From NCBI GenBank assembly GCA_002813105.2, contig CP017966.2, positions 790,745 to 854,744 on the forward strand: a stretch of DNA of 64,000 nucleotides. Direction: 5' to 3'. This DNA is from Methanosarcinales archaeon Met12. GTDB lineage: Archaea; Halobacteriota; UBA148; JAJOKI01. How positions within the stretch are numbered: the first letter of the stretch is position 1; every line of letters begins with the position of its first letter. The position numbers and the translations under genes were made by a program. Positions 44,481 through 54,404 of this stretch are shown piece after piece. The notes under the pieces were generated by a model. The model made no database searches. It had not been told where the DNA came from and saw only the letters and a program-made list of their open reading frames with translations.

Positions 44481-45554
44481 GTGTATGATATGGAAGAGAT
44501 AAAGGCAGCCGAGGAAGTCGAAAAGAAGATTAGAGTAATCAAAGATAGCCCTGTAGAGTCTCAACAAGTCGAAACTCCAACAGAGTTTCAGACAGTCGGG
44601 AAATCTTCGATTTCCGACTCACGCGAGGAACGGAGAGAGTATGAAGAGGCTAAAATGCAGTGCTCGGAATGTAACAGCTCCCAACTCGTGCACGATTACG
44701 AGAGAGCAGAACTTGTATGCAGCGAGTGCGGACTTGTACTTGAAGAGGATTGTATCGATATGGGGCCCGAGTGGCGGGCCTTCGATCATGACCAGCGAAT
44801 GAAGCGTTCCAGAGTGGGGGCGCCAATGACGTATACGATTCACGACAAGGGTTTGAGCACGATGATCGACTGGCGGAACAGAGATTCATGTGGCAAGTCA
44901 GTATCATCGAAAAACAGGGCACAGTTATATCGGCTGAGAAAATGGCAGCGCAGAATCAGGGTGAACAATGCGACCGAACGAAATCTCGCATTTGCGTTAT
45001 CGGAGTTGGACCGAATGGCATCAGCACTGGGTATGCCAAGAAACATCAGAGAGTCTGCCGCGATTATCTACCGTAAAGCGGTGGAGAAAAATTTAATCAG
45101 GGGGCGCAGCATCGAGGGAGTTGCTGCAGCCGCATTGTATTCCTCGTGCCGGATGAGTTCCGTGCCAAGAACGCTGGACGAGATCGCAGAGGTGTCGAGG
45201 GTGAGCAGAAAGGAGATAGGGCGAACGTATCGATTCGTATCCAGAGAGCTTAAACTCAAACTCATGCCGACGTCTCCAATTGACTATGTATCGCGATTTA
45301 CCTCTGGATTAAATCTCAAAGGTGAGGTGCAGTCCAAGGCAGTTGAAATCTTGCGCCATGCTGCAGAGAGGGAGCTGACGTCAGGGAGAGGTCCCACGGG
45401 GGTCGCAGCAGCCGCGATATATATCGCATCCATTCTTTGCGGAGAACGCAAAACGCAGAGAGAAGTGGCAGATGTGGCAGGCGTGACTGAAGTAACCATC
45501 AGAAACAGGTATAAGGAGTTGGCAGAGGAGCTCGACATAGATATAGTCCTTTAA
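44481..45554 (+). CDS. tfb: transcription initiation factor TFB
   Basis: Zinc ribbon [24 protein letters not shown], the B-finger and two cyclin folds. There is a 60-residue N-terminal extension that contains the 56-nt element. Confidence 0.92.
   Translation: MYDMEEIKAAEEVEKKIRVIKDSPVESQQVETPTEFQTVGKSSISDSREERREYEEAKMQCSECNSSQLVHDYERAELVCSECGLVLEEDCIDMGPEWRAFDHDQRMKRSRVGAPMTYTIHDKGLSTMIDWRNRDSCGKSVSSKNRAQLYRLRKWQRRIRVNNATERNLAFALSELDRMASALGMPRNIRESAAIIYRKAVEKNLIRGRSIEGVAAAALYSSCRMSSVPRTLDEIAEVSRVSRKEIGRTYRFVSRELKLKLMPTSPIDYVSRFTSGLNLKGEVQSKAVEILRHAAERELTSGRGPTGVAAAAIYIASILCGERKTQREVADVAGVTEVTIRNRYKELAEELDIDIVL
44564..44619. repeat. 56-nt double-hairpin element inside the tfb CDS (sense)
   Basis: ACAAGTCGAAACTCCAACAGAGTTTCAGACAGTCGGGAAATCTTCGATTTCCGACT. 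Confidence 0.85.
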
Positions 45555-45632
45555 ACAAAGATTGCTTATGCAATCTTTTAAACAAAGATTGCTTATGCAA
45601 TCCTTTAAACGGTCATTCTCAAAGAGAATGAC
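45547..45632. terminator. three tandem hairpins in the tfb/membrane-gene convergent spacer
   Basis: TCYTTTAAAC + AAAGATTGC TTAT GCAATCTTT occurs twice as a 27-nt tandem duplication, followed by GGTCATTCTC AAA GAGAATGACC. Confidence 0.6.
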
Positions 45633-46229
45633 CTAAACAAGGAGCATTATAACGTCGATAAAATACGCTATGGCAAAACATCCCACCAGCGCACCTATGG
45701 TAATTGCAATGAACACCTTATACGGGTCCATACCTATTATGCGTCCAATAATTGACGCCATAACCGCTCCAGTTCCCTGAAATGGTATAATCACAAGAAT
45801 GACGATACCTGTAAAGGCAAATCGCCTCATCCGGGAGTGTTCTTCTAAAAGTATCCCACCCCTCCTCTCCATATTTGCAATGGTCTCTCCGAGTACTGGA
45901 ACCCTCTTGAGATGGTCAAAGTTCCATACGAGAAATAGTGCGGTTACGATATCGATGAACGCAATGGAAGATGCAGCGAGAGCAGGGTGAACGTCAGCAA
46001 CAACAGCGATGGGAATCACGGATTCTTTTCCAGCCGGCGGGATAACATAAGCAGTCATCATGACGATTACCTTGGCAAAGATGCCCTCATCCAACGTTAG
46101 ATACATAATGAAGATTACTCCAGCTGCAATGTGAAAGGGAAGGACAAATTTAATTAATGCTGACATACTCCCTCTAAGGATATGGTCTTGTACCCTCTTC
46201 AATTTCAAAAGTAGGTCCATTTGATTCAT
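45633..46229 (-). CDS. small membrane protein (putative small multidrug-export family, COG2426-like)
   Basis: 198 aa, 4-5 TM, IPPAGKESVIPIAV motif. Confidence 0.5.
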   Translation of the reverse strand: MNQMDLLLKLKRVQDHILRGSMSALIKFVLPFHIAAGVIFIMYLTLDEGIFAKVIVMMTAYVIPPAGKESVIPIAVVADVHPALAASSIAFIDIVTALFLVWNFDHLKRVPVLGETIANMERRGGILLEEHSRMRRFAFTGIVILVIIPFQGTGAVMASIIGRIIGMDPYKVFIAITIGALVGCFAIAYFIDVIMLLV

Positions 46230-46243
46230 GAGATTATCGCCAT

Positions 46244-46651
46244 TTAACCAAGCTTATAGGTCACGGTCTCGGTATATGTCGTCTCGCCGTCTGAAAATAT
46301 TATTTGTACCGTCGCTGTTCTCGCACCAGAGTCATATCTCCCGTGCACGAATATAACCGAATATCCCTCCGATGCATATACCCCGATTATTTGGTTTTCA
46401 TGGGCGGTTAGGTTAGTTAGTTGTGGGATGACGAACGGATTTTTTGTACCAGCACGTGAGACATCCCTCAAGATGGTTCCGTATGTGTCTTTCATGCGTT
46501 TAAAATCAAAGTTTACATCGCAGGTTTCCTGTTCTATGGTCCGATGACCTGCAAATGCAGCTGTATGAAGAACTATGCTGAAGGAGATGATGCCTACTGC
46601 CAAAATGAAGCCCGCAAGTAGAATAATTTGTCCCTGCTCATCTTTCATCAT
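46244..46651 (-). CDS. archaeal type IV pilin-like protein
   Basis: MMKDEQGQIILLAGFILAVGIISFSIVL is a class III signal-peptide-like N-terminus. Confidence 0.55.
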   Translation of the reverse strand: MMKDEQGQIILLAGFILAVGIISFSIVLHTAAFAGHRTIEQETCDVNFDFKRMKDTYGTILRDVSRAGTKNPFVIPQLTNLTAHENQIIGVYASEGYSVIFVHGRYDSGARTATVQIIFSDGETTYTETVTYKLG

Positions 46652-46794
46652 TTGTACCAATTTATAGTAAACTGTCACAAGTTAAAAAGGGTTGTGTTTC
46701 CATATCTCCTGCAATGGCACTTCTTGCTGATTATTTTGTCATCAATGGTAAGCCTTAAATAACTTTAGTCTTAAGTAATATACTGTGAGTAAGA

Positions 46795-47052
46795 ATGACT
46801 ACTACTATGGTAAGTTCTAAAGGGCAGATAGTGATACCCAAGTGCATTAGGGAGAAGCTGTCATTGGAGAAGGGATCAGAGGTTGAGATAATAGAGAGAG
46901 ATGGTGTAATCAAGATCATCAGGATTCCAGAAGACCCCTTGGAGGCATTAGCTGGATGCCTGAATCTCGGGGCATCGACGAAAGAGCTGATGCGGGAATT
47001 GGATGAAGAGGAAAAAAGAAGAGATGAGCGACTCATGGGGCTCAAAGCATGA
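46795..47052 (+). CDS. vapB: AbrB/SpoVT-type antitoxin VapB
   Basis: SSKGQIVIPKCIREKLSLEKGSEVEII. Confidence 0.8.
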   Translation: MTTTMVSSKGQIVIPKCIREKLSLEKGSEVEIIERDGVIKIIRIPEDPLEALAGCLNLGASTKELMRELDEEEKRRDERLMGLKA

Positions 47053-47429
47053 AACACTGCTTGGATTCGTATGCGATCATCAGTCTGATTCAGGGTGGAG
47101 ATGGCGCAGACAAGGTGAAGAGGATAATATCCGGGGATGGGCAGAAGGTCATGAGTACGGTGAACGCAGCAGAGGTCTATAACATTATATTGAGGCGGAG
47201 GGGAGAGGAGCACGCGGACGAGAAGTTCACGTGGTTTACAAAACTAAACATAGAATTCATGCCACCAGATGTTGAGATTGCAAGAGAAGCAGGCAGGTTC
47301 AAGATGAAATATTCTTTTGCCCTTGGAGATGCCTTCTGCCTTGCCACTGCTGTCTCAGCAGAATGTAAAATCGTGACAGGTGATTCAGAGTTTGGTGATG
47401 TCAGCGAAGTCGAAATTGTGTGGGTTTGA
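47049..47429 (+). CDS. vapC: PIN-domain toxin VapC
   Basis: CLDSYAIISLI and VTGDSEF motifs. 4-nt overlap with vapB. Confidence 0.85.
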   Translation: MKHCLDSYAIISLIQGGDGADKVKRIISGDGQKVMSTVNAAEVYNIILRRRGEEHADEKFTWFTKLNIEFMPPDVEIAREAGRFKMKYSFALGDAFCLATAVSAECKIVTGDSEFGDVSEVEIVWV

Positions 47430-47436
47430 CGATGTT

Positions 47437-48681
47437 TTACTTATACCACAACACCAATCTCGCCATATAAACCTCGGCCGTTACAAATACAGGCACGGTC
47501 ACTGTAATCGCTCCCGGGGCAGGAATTCCATTGATGATTCTCATCTGAACGATTTCTCCTGTGCTGTTGGAGAAATGCAGGTTATACTCGACATTCTCCG
47601 GGATATAACTGCGAAGAATGTTGTTCAGCTTGGTGAGGTTGATGAATCCCCTGAGTGCCGCCTCGAGCGGGCTAAGTTCTGCACCTGGCGCCAGACCTGG
47701 TCTGCCGACACAGACGAATATTGGGTGTGAATGAATATTGGGCCCCCTCCTTGGATCGGAATCTATTGCCCATATTGCATATCCACCCCTTGCTCCATCG
47801 TGAAACTTGAATTCAAGTGTGTTGTTACCGATAAGTTTTATGGTAACTACTCTATCCACCGTAGTAGGTCTATCCCTTGTTGGTATATCCCTTGTTGTAT
47901 AGATGTCTCTCCCCCTTATACCCAACGCATCCCATCTGTCAGGCCTCACTCTCTCCCTCAACATCGTCTCTATGGTGCCACCCCTACCAATCACTACGTA
48001 CTGCAACAGCTCCTGTTCTCCGGTAAGCTTTGGCTTGGTGATATTGAACGAACCATCTCTCCCTTCTGGTTTTTTATCTACCCAGACCAAGACAGGAGTG
48101 GAAACTCCTCCCCTACCATCCTCAAACCAGACCATGTTTATGGTATAATTGGTTATACCTACTCTATGTCTGAAAGTGAAGATATTGTTTGGGCTATCCC
48201 TCACAGCACCGCCATCAACACCAAAATATTCAACGACGGAAAGGCGGCCGCCGATAATATCAGCGGGATTTTTCCATCTGTTATCTCTCGTATCCCATAA
48301 TTTGAACCTCGTAGTAAGATTTTCTCCTGCCCTGTCATGATTGATATATAAATACCTGGTCGTCCAATTCTTGCCATCTGCTGTTCTTATATCTGTTACG
48401 TTCACATCGTGCGCCCACTTACCGGGCGGCGGCCTGGGGCTATGCTCTCTATACAACCTATACTCAAGCAAGCCCACAACTATATCTGCATCCCTGTATG
48501 ATAAGAGCGTGAGCACGTCCCTGCCATAGTGTTTCAACTGGACTTCGGCGAAATCCTGCCTCGGTGTGATATCTACTGGAGTAGTGGCCATCACTATGTA
48601 GAGGGCGGCGATCATCATGCTGACGGCAAGCACTGCCTCTATCGTGTACATCTGACCCGCATCATCTCTTCGAATGCTCAT
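47437..48681 (-). CDS. large type IV pilin-like protein
   Basis: MSIRRDDAGQMYTIEAVLAVSMMIAALYIV is a pilin-type N-terminus. ATG 48681 sits 1 nt after the upstream stop. Confidence 0.6.
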   Translation of the reverse strand: MSIRRDDAGQMYTIEAVLAVSMMIAALYIVMATTPVDITPRQDFAEVQLKHYGRDVLTLLSYRDADIVVGLLEYRLYREHSPRPPPGKWAHDVNVTDIRTADGKNWTTRYLYINHDRAGENLTTRFKLWDTRDNRWKNPADIIGGRLSVVEYFGVDGGAVRDSPNNIFTFRHRVGITNYTINMVWFEDGRGGVSTPVLVWVDKKPEGRDGSFNITKPKLTGEQELLQYVVIGRGGTIETMLRERVRPDRWDALGIRGRDIYTTRDIPTRDRPTTVDRVVTIKLIGNNTLEFKFHDGARGGYAIWAIDSDPRRGPNIHSHPIFVCVGRPGLAPGAELSPLEAALRGFINLTKLNNILRSYIPENVEYNLHFSNSTGEIVQMRIINGIPAPGAITVTVPVFVTAEVYMARLVLWYK

Positions 48682-48682
48682 C

Positions 48683-49297
48683 TCACCACCATACCCACAG
48701 AAGTATCTGATATCCATCCACCCTGCCAGGTTGGGGCAGTAGTGCGACCCTTTCGATTTGAACTACGTCGCCTGTAAGGGGGACGACCTTTGTAATGTTG
48801 GCATCAGCTTTGGCAAAGTTATAGGCACTGTCATTAACCGGGCGTATCTGCAGGTAGAATCTAAGTCCCTCTAGTCCAATAGCTCTGGTCGCATTTCGCA
48901 GCTCACCAGCTCCCGTACCATCCACTGGGTACTCCCACCAGGTCAGATTCCCTGCAACAGTGTGGTTTACCATCAGCCCATCTATCTTGGAGCTGTTGAG
49001 GACATTATGCCTCTCAGCGTCAACTGCGAAGCCTATTCGTCTCACCGCCGATTGATTTGTGCGCCATACAGTCTCCCAGTTCGTTCCATTATCCCATAGC
49101 CCAGGGTCCTTCACCAGGATATCTGTAACTCGACTTGAAATTGGATATATTCTGTTATACTCGGCCGTGTAGGGCATAACTGCACCTGCTAAAGTATGGA
49201 ATATAAAGAAGAAGGCGAGCATAAAGACCGATACGGCAATGACGAGGTCTATGTTGATAATGCCCCTATCATCTCGAATATCGGTTTTTCGAATCAA
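48683..49297 (-). CDS. type IV pilin-like protein
   Basis: DDRGIINIDLVIAVSVFMLAFFFIF is a hydrophobic N-terminal helix following a charged leader. Confidence 0.55.
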   Translation of the reverse strand: MIRKTDIRDDRGIINIDLVIAVSVFMLAFFFIFHTLAGAVMPYTAEYNRIYPISSRVTDILVKDPGLWDNGTNWETVWRTNQSAVRRIGFAVDAERHNVLNSSKIDGLMVNHTVAGNLTWWEYPVDGTGAGELRNATRAIGLEGLRFYLQIRPVNDSAYNFAKADANITKVVPLTGDVVQIERVALLPQPGRVDGYQILLWVWW

Positions 49298-49303
49298 GAT
49301 AGT

Positions 49304-49765
49304 TCACCTCAAAGTGATTGTCCTGTTGGTTATGTCATATTTTACTATGACCTGTTCCATGCCGCTGGGAACCTCTCCTGTTATGCGAACGTCAGGCTCC
49401 ATATTGTTGAGTGGAATGTAAACGTCCGTACCCCTTGCAGTGAGTAAAATCGCCTGGGTGGTGGTCCCTGGAGCCAATATGGTGGGGTTTGTTCGTATGA
49501 CATATGAAACCCCTCCCACTTGTGAGGGGATATCCACCACTCTCGTCACAGTTCCATTACCGCTCACATTGACGGCAAGACGCATGTCTGTGATAGTGCC
49601 CGCAATATCGCTCCCGACGTCGGCGAATCCAAATCTGGCGGTGCCGTCGACCATCCCCTGAAAAGACAGGACCACGGTTGTCAGAAGCGTCATGACGATG
49701 ATGAAGGACATGAGATAACTAAGCGGGACGACCACTGCGGATGTGTCGTGAAGAAGTTTCATCAT
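49304..49765 (-). CDS. type IV pilin-like protein
   Basis: HDTSAVVVPLSYLMSFIIVMTLLTTVVLSF N-terminus. Confidence 0.55.
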   Translation of the reverse strand: MMKLLHDTSAVVVPLSYLMSFIIVMTLLTTVVLSFQGMVDGTARFGFADVGSDIAGTITDMRLAVNVSGNGTVTRVVDIPSQVGGVSYVIRTNPTILAPGTTTQAILLTARGTDVYIPLNNMEPDVRITGEVPSGMEQVIVKYDITNRTITLR

Positions 49766-50632
49766 TTATCTCACCGATGACCCTATGATGGTTTCGTGAA
49801 CTGAAAGGTGAATATCATCACCAGCTGTTTTGCCGTGAATTCCTATTGTAACCACATTTCCAGTCGTGTGAATCTGAAAGCCTGTGCCAGCGCCCAATCC
49901 AGTTCTGATTAATCCAGCCCCGATTAATTCATCCTCGAAGAATCTCGCCCACGCCTGATGGTATTCACTGGTTATCGTAATCGTGACGTTTCTATTGAGA
50001 GTTGTCGCCACGGGATGATTTCGGATATTTCTATCAAATCCGACAAATCTCGAATCGACAGATACAACGCCGGCGCCGCCCACCGAGGAGAGGGGGCCGG
50101 TGAGATTGACCATGCGCAGATGTATCGATATGTTAGTCCCACCTGCAGGCGTTATGAACATATTATCTGGCTGTGAGGTCATTATGGGTATGCCATGGGC
50201 AAACCTAACTATCACAGCTCCATTCTCAAATACTACTGAATCGTCCCGCAGTGTGCATTCGATATTTCCAACTCTTAGGGAGGTGTTGAATACATTATGA
50301 GTGCCGGTTGTGTTCCCAAAATTCACCTGTATCGTAGTATTTGGAGCATCGGGCATTATCGTAATCGCTCCTCCGCCCATATGCATCGCGGTGCGTCTTG
50401 ACGGCCCAACTCCTACAAGTGGGCCCTTTAAATCACCTATATCTGACTGGAGGATTCCCATGTGGTTCTGTATGCTCTGCATGTGTACAGTGTGTCTGGC
50501 GGCATCTATCGCTGGTATGCCCACTGCATAAATTGTGGCAATCATCGCCGTTGCGATCGCGAGGATCAATATCATCCCCACTACGGAAGAAACTGCATCA
50601 TCGGCATGTTGAAACCTTCTGCTGCGATTCAC
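49766..50632 (-). CDS. archaeal type IV pilin (DUF1628-type N-terminus)
   Basis: DDAVSSVVGMILILAIATAMIATIY matches the archaeal pilin N-terminal domain. Confidence 0.7.
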   Translation of the reverse strand: MNRSRRFQHADDAVSSVVGMILILAIATAMIATIYAVGIPAIDAARHTVHMQSIQNHMGILQSDIGDLKGPLVGVGPSRRTAMHMGGGAITIMPDAPNTTIQVNFGNTTGTHNVFNTSLRVGNIECTLRDDSVVFENGAVIVRFAHGIPIMTSQPDNMFITPAGGTNISIHLRMVNLTGPLSSVGGAGVVSVDSRFVGFDRNIRNHPVATTLNRNVTITITSEYHQAWARFFEDELIGAGLIRTGLGAGTGFQIHTTGNVVTIGIHGKTAGDDIHLSVHETIIGSSVR

Positions 50633-50742
50633 TCCATCAACCCCCTATATAAATTATCTCGTTCTTAATATTTAAGAATGATGTGATATTATATAACCAT
50701 CTAACCATAATGTATATGTAACGATATGAATAAACCATTGCC

Positions 50743-52359
50743 ATGCGGAGATGGAAGATGGAACTTTTAGATAACTTGAGAAAACGGGTCGGAATTTTAG
50801 ATGACATAATGGGCAAAACCCCCAAGGAGGTTATGGTCGAAAAGTACGACCCTGAAAAATATGGCCCAATCGCCATCTTTGAAGGGAAGGAGGGCTATAA
50901 AGAAGCCGAAAGGTACTGGGTGGACGAACCCTATGCATTTGTCACAATTCTATATGATGATAAAAAGAATGAATATCTGTACTATGTCGTTGAGCCTGCA
51001 CTTACTCCTTTTGAGAAAGAGCTACTGGAAGAACTGCATGCACGACTGCAGGATGTATTGATAGTCGAAGATGTCGATAAAACAGTAGACAAAGAAAAAG
51101 TGCTGAGCGACAAAATAAAAGAACTCATGATGAATTATATGGAAGATGTGGACTTAAAAACCTTCATTAAAATTTTGTATTTCATACGAAGGAATTACCT
51201 GAAAGTTGGAAGGATACATCCGCTGATGAATGACGCTTTTATCGAAGACATATCGTGTAACGGGCCAGGTGCCCCAGTATTCCTGTATCATAAGAACTAT
51301 GAAAACATAGAGACGAATATAATCTTCGATGAAGATGAGCTGTACTCATTCGTGGTCAGGCTTGCACAACAATGTGGGAAACATATATCCATCGCAGACC
51401 CGATGATCGATGCGACAATGATCGACGGGTCCCGTATCCAGATGACGCTTGGAAAAGAAGTATCTACAAAAGGCAGCACGTTCACGATTAGAAAGTTTCA
51501 GGAGATTCCTATCACGCCTATCGACCTCATAAGCTGGAATACTTTCTCGTCAGAGATGATGGCGTATTTCTGGCTATGTATAGAGAACAATAAAAGCCTG
51601 ATATTTGCAGGAGGCACTGCTTCTGGAAAGACATCGTCATTGAATGCGGTCTGCCTGTTCATCCCGCCGAAGTCAAAAATCGTCACATTGGAAGATACCA
51701 GGGAATTAAAGTTGCCCCACCCAAACTGGATTGCTCAAGTAACAAGAGAATCGTTCACTGGTGGAGAGATCAGCAAAATCGACATGTACGAACTGTTGAG
51801 GGCTGCACTGCGGCAGCGACCAGAATACCTCCTCGTGGGAGAGGTCAGGGGCAAGGAGGCGCTTGTATTATTCCAGGCCATGTCCACAGGACATACTACG
51901 TTCTCGACTATGCATGCAGACTCGGTGCCGTCTGTGATTTATCGGCTGGAGAACGAACCCATCAACGTCCCAAGGACGATGTTGCAGGTACTGGATATTG
52001 CGTCCATCCAGATTCAGGTATACATCGGCGAGAAACGTGTTCGACGTGCAGACAGAATCGCAGAGATAACGGATATCGACCCTACCACGAAAAAGATACA
52101 AACAACAGATATTTTTGTGTGGAACCCCATTGCTGATAATTTTGAAAAAACTGGTGAATCACTTGTTTTAGCAGAAATTCAACAACGGAAAGGGTGGAAC
52201 AAAAAAGAGTTGTGTAGGGAATTGGAAAATAGGCAAACCGTCCTCGAATATGTGCTCGAAAAAGGAATAAAAGACCACAGAGGAATTATAAAAATTATAC
52301 AGGCGTACTATATCGACTCCAAAAAACTGATGAAGAAGATAGCGGATAAAACCCTTTGA
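50743..52359 (+). CDS. type II/IV secretion ATPase (FlaI/ArlI/PilB family)
   Basis: Walker A GGTASGKTS, Walker B/Asp box EYLLVGEVRG and a His box. Confidence 0.9.
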   Translation: MRRWKMELLDNLRKRVGILDDIMGKTPKEVMVEKYDPEKYGPIAIFEGKEGYKEAERYWVDEPYAFVTILYDDKKNEYLYYVVEPALTPFEKELLEELHARLQDVLIVEDVDKTVDKEKVLSDKIKELMMNYMEDVDLKTFIKILYFIRRNYLKVGRIHPLMNDAFIEDISCNGPGAPVFLYHKNYENIETNIIFDEDELYSFVVRLAQQCGKHISIADPMIDATMIDGSRIQMTLGKEVSTKGSTFTIRKFQEIPITPIDLISWNTFSSEMMAYFWLCIENNKSLIFAGGTASGKTSSLNAVCLFIPPKSKIVTLEDTRELKLPHPNWIAQVTRESFTGGEISKIDMYELLRAALRQRPEYLLVGEVRGKEALVLFQAMSTGHTTFSTMHADSVPSVIYRLENEPINVPRTMLQVLDIASIQIQVYIGEKRVRRADRIAEITDIDPTTKKIQTTDIFVWNPIADNFEKTGESLVLAEIQQRKGWNKKELCRELENRQTVLEYVLEKGIKDHRGIIKIIQAYYIDSKKLMKKIADKTL

Positions 52360-52369
52360 GGCAATCATA

Positions 52370-54298
52370 ATGGATGCGATCAGCAAATTAGCATTTCGTA
52401 TATTTGGTTCAAGGCTGGAGATGGAAAAGTACTACTCCTTGGAGCGAAGTTTGAGGCAGGCACGCATCCCTGTTTCATGGGACGTATATGTTGCGAAAGC
52501 GAGGTTATATTCGCTGATCCTGGGTTTCCTTGGGGCCGTCATCGGTCTGACGCTTGTCATCATCGTTATACATCTGGTTGGTTTGCCCCCCGCCATCCTA
52601 CCCCCTGCCATCATAGTCGGATTACCACCTGCACTCTGGTGGATGCTGGAGTATAGAGCGGTCTTTTTAGCCCTCTTTCTAATGGTTACATTAGCCACCA
52701 TAGTAGGAGGCGCGACATATATGATTATGAGGCTGATGCCACAGTTTGTTGCCGGCGAGAGAAAGATCAAAATTGACCGAGAACTTCCGTATGCCGTCAC
52801 GTTTATGTATGCACTCAGTCGAGGCGGAATGAATATCCTCGATATATTCAGGTCGTTGAGCGAGTCCACGATATATGGAGAGGCGGCGAAAGAAGCGGGC
52901 ACAATCGTCAGGAACATGGACTTTTTCGGACAGGATTTAAGAACTGCGATTCAAAATGCAGCCGACACATCTCCCTCTGAAAATTTCCAGGACCTGGTCG
53001 TGAATCTGCTGTCGGTAATAGAGAGCGGTGGCAACATAACCGCGTATCTATCTGACAAGTCAGAAGATTACTTAGAAAAGGCACTCAGAGATCAACGTGG
53101 ATTCATAGAGATGATGGGATTGATTGCAGAATCATACGTCACCGTCTTCGTAGCAGGTCCCCTGTTTGTCGTGATAATATTCTTTGTTATGGCCGCGATG
53201 GGGCCTGGGGATTTGATGATGTTGTATATACTGATTTATGCAGCTCTGCCGTTCGGTTCGTGTATGTTCATCGTCATCATCGATATGCTTAATCCCAGGG
53301 GTGCGATAAGTGCTATACCGTTTGATGTAGAAGAAGTAGATGAGTACAAGGTCCAAATGGCGGAAGGGACTAAAGAAGAGAGATTATTAAAGAGCATTGA
53401 AAGTGGCAGGAAATCGGTAGAATTCAAAAAATTTTTGAGTAACCCATTTAAGGGCATATTAGAAAATCCTTTTTATACTCTCTATTTAAGCGTGCCGATT
53501 GGAATAATCCTCCTCCTCGCCGTGGCATTCACTTACCGGGAACAGTTAACGACCCTCGACACAGCGGTCAGCATACTGGACGACTATTTTATATTCACCT
53601 TGCTCCTGGTGATTTTCCCGCTGGCTGCTTTCTTTGAGGCATCATCACGGAGACAGAAAAAGTTGGTAAGCGAAATGCCAACCTTTTTGAAAAAACTAGC
53701 GAGCGCAAACGAAACCGGAATGTCCTTGCCTCAATCTATCAAATTGATATCAAAATCGAACATCGGCAGTTTAACCACTGAGGTGAAAAAGATATGGAAT
53801 GACCTACAATGGGGCACGACAGTTGAGAATGCATTTAAGCGGCTCGGGAACAGAATTATGTCAGGTCCTGTGTCGCGGGTTATAACGCTATTGGTCAAGG
53901 CAAATCAAGTAAGTGGAAACACAAAGGTCGTGCTGGATATAGCAGCAAAAGATGCCGTAGCATATCAAAGACTGGAAGAAGAGCAACTCGGCCAGATGAT
54001 CATATATGTGGTCATCATATATATGGCATTTTTCGTTTTTCTATTCGTCATCGTAACCATGTCTGTAGCGTTTTTGCCCGTGATGGCTGGCGTCGGGGCT
54101 GCTGATGCCGGCGCCCCATCCCTTATGGGAGCTTTTGATGTTGACATGTTTATGCGCATATTTTTTCATGCTGTTATAGTGCAGGGTTTTTTTTCCGGAT
54201 TGATAGCCGGACAGATGGGTGAAGGCAGTGTATTATCAGGTCTAAAACATTCAATCGTAATGATGTGTATTGCGTATTTGGTGTTCTTATTCATCTAG
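52370..54298 (+). CDS. type IV pilus/archaellum platform protein (FlaJ/TadC, T2SSF domains)
   Basis: 642 aa polytopic membrane protein with two T2SSF-like cytoplasmic repeats. Follows the ATPase by 10 nt. Confidence 0.85.
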   Translation: MDAISKLAFRIFGSRLEMEKYYSLERSLRQARIPVSWDVYVAKARLYSLILGFLGAVIGLTLVIIVIHLVGLPPAILPPAIIVGLPPALWWMLEYRAVFLALFLMVTLATIVGGATYMIMRLMPQFVAGERKIKIDRELPYAVTFMYALSRGGMNILDIFRSLSESTIYGEAAKEAGTIVRNMDFFGQDLRTAIQNAADTSPSENFQDLVVNLLSVIESGGNITAYLSDKSEDYLEKALRDQRGFIEMMGLIAESYVTVFVAGPLFVVIIFFVMAAMGPGDLMMLYILIYAALPFGSCMFIVIIDMLNPRGAISAIPFDVEEVDEYKVQMAEGTKEERLLKSIESGRKSVEFKKFLSNPFKGILENPFYTLYLSVPIGIILLLAVAFTYREQLTTLDTAVSILDDYFIFTLLLVIFPLAAFFEASSRRQKKLVSEMPTFLKKLASANETGMSLPQSIKLISKSNIGSLTTEVKKIWNDLQWGTTVENAFKRLGNRIMSGPVSRVITLLVKANQVSGNTKVVLDIAAKDAVAYQRLEEEQLGQMIIYVVIIYMAFFVFLFVIVTMSVAFLPVMAGVGAADAGAPSLMGAFDVDMFMRIFFHAVIVQGFFSGLIAGQMGEGSVLSGLKHSIVMMCIAYLVFLFI

Positions 54299-54404
54299 GC
54301 GCTCGTTTTTCAACCGTTATGTTCATATATGTTAGTGTTAAATAAGCGTTAAATATAACTTGTAAAAAGTTATATGGCAAAGAACTTGAGGGGGGGGGAC
54401 AATC

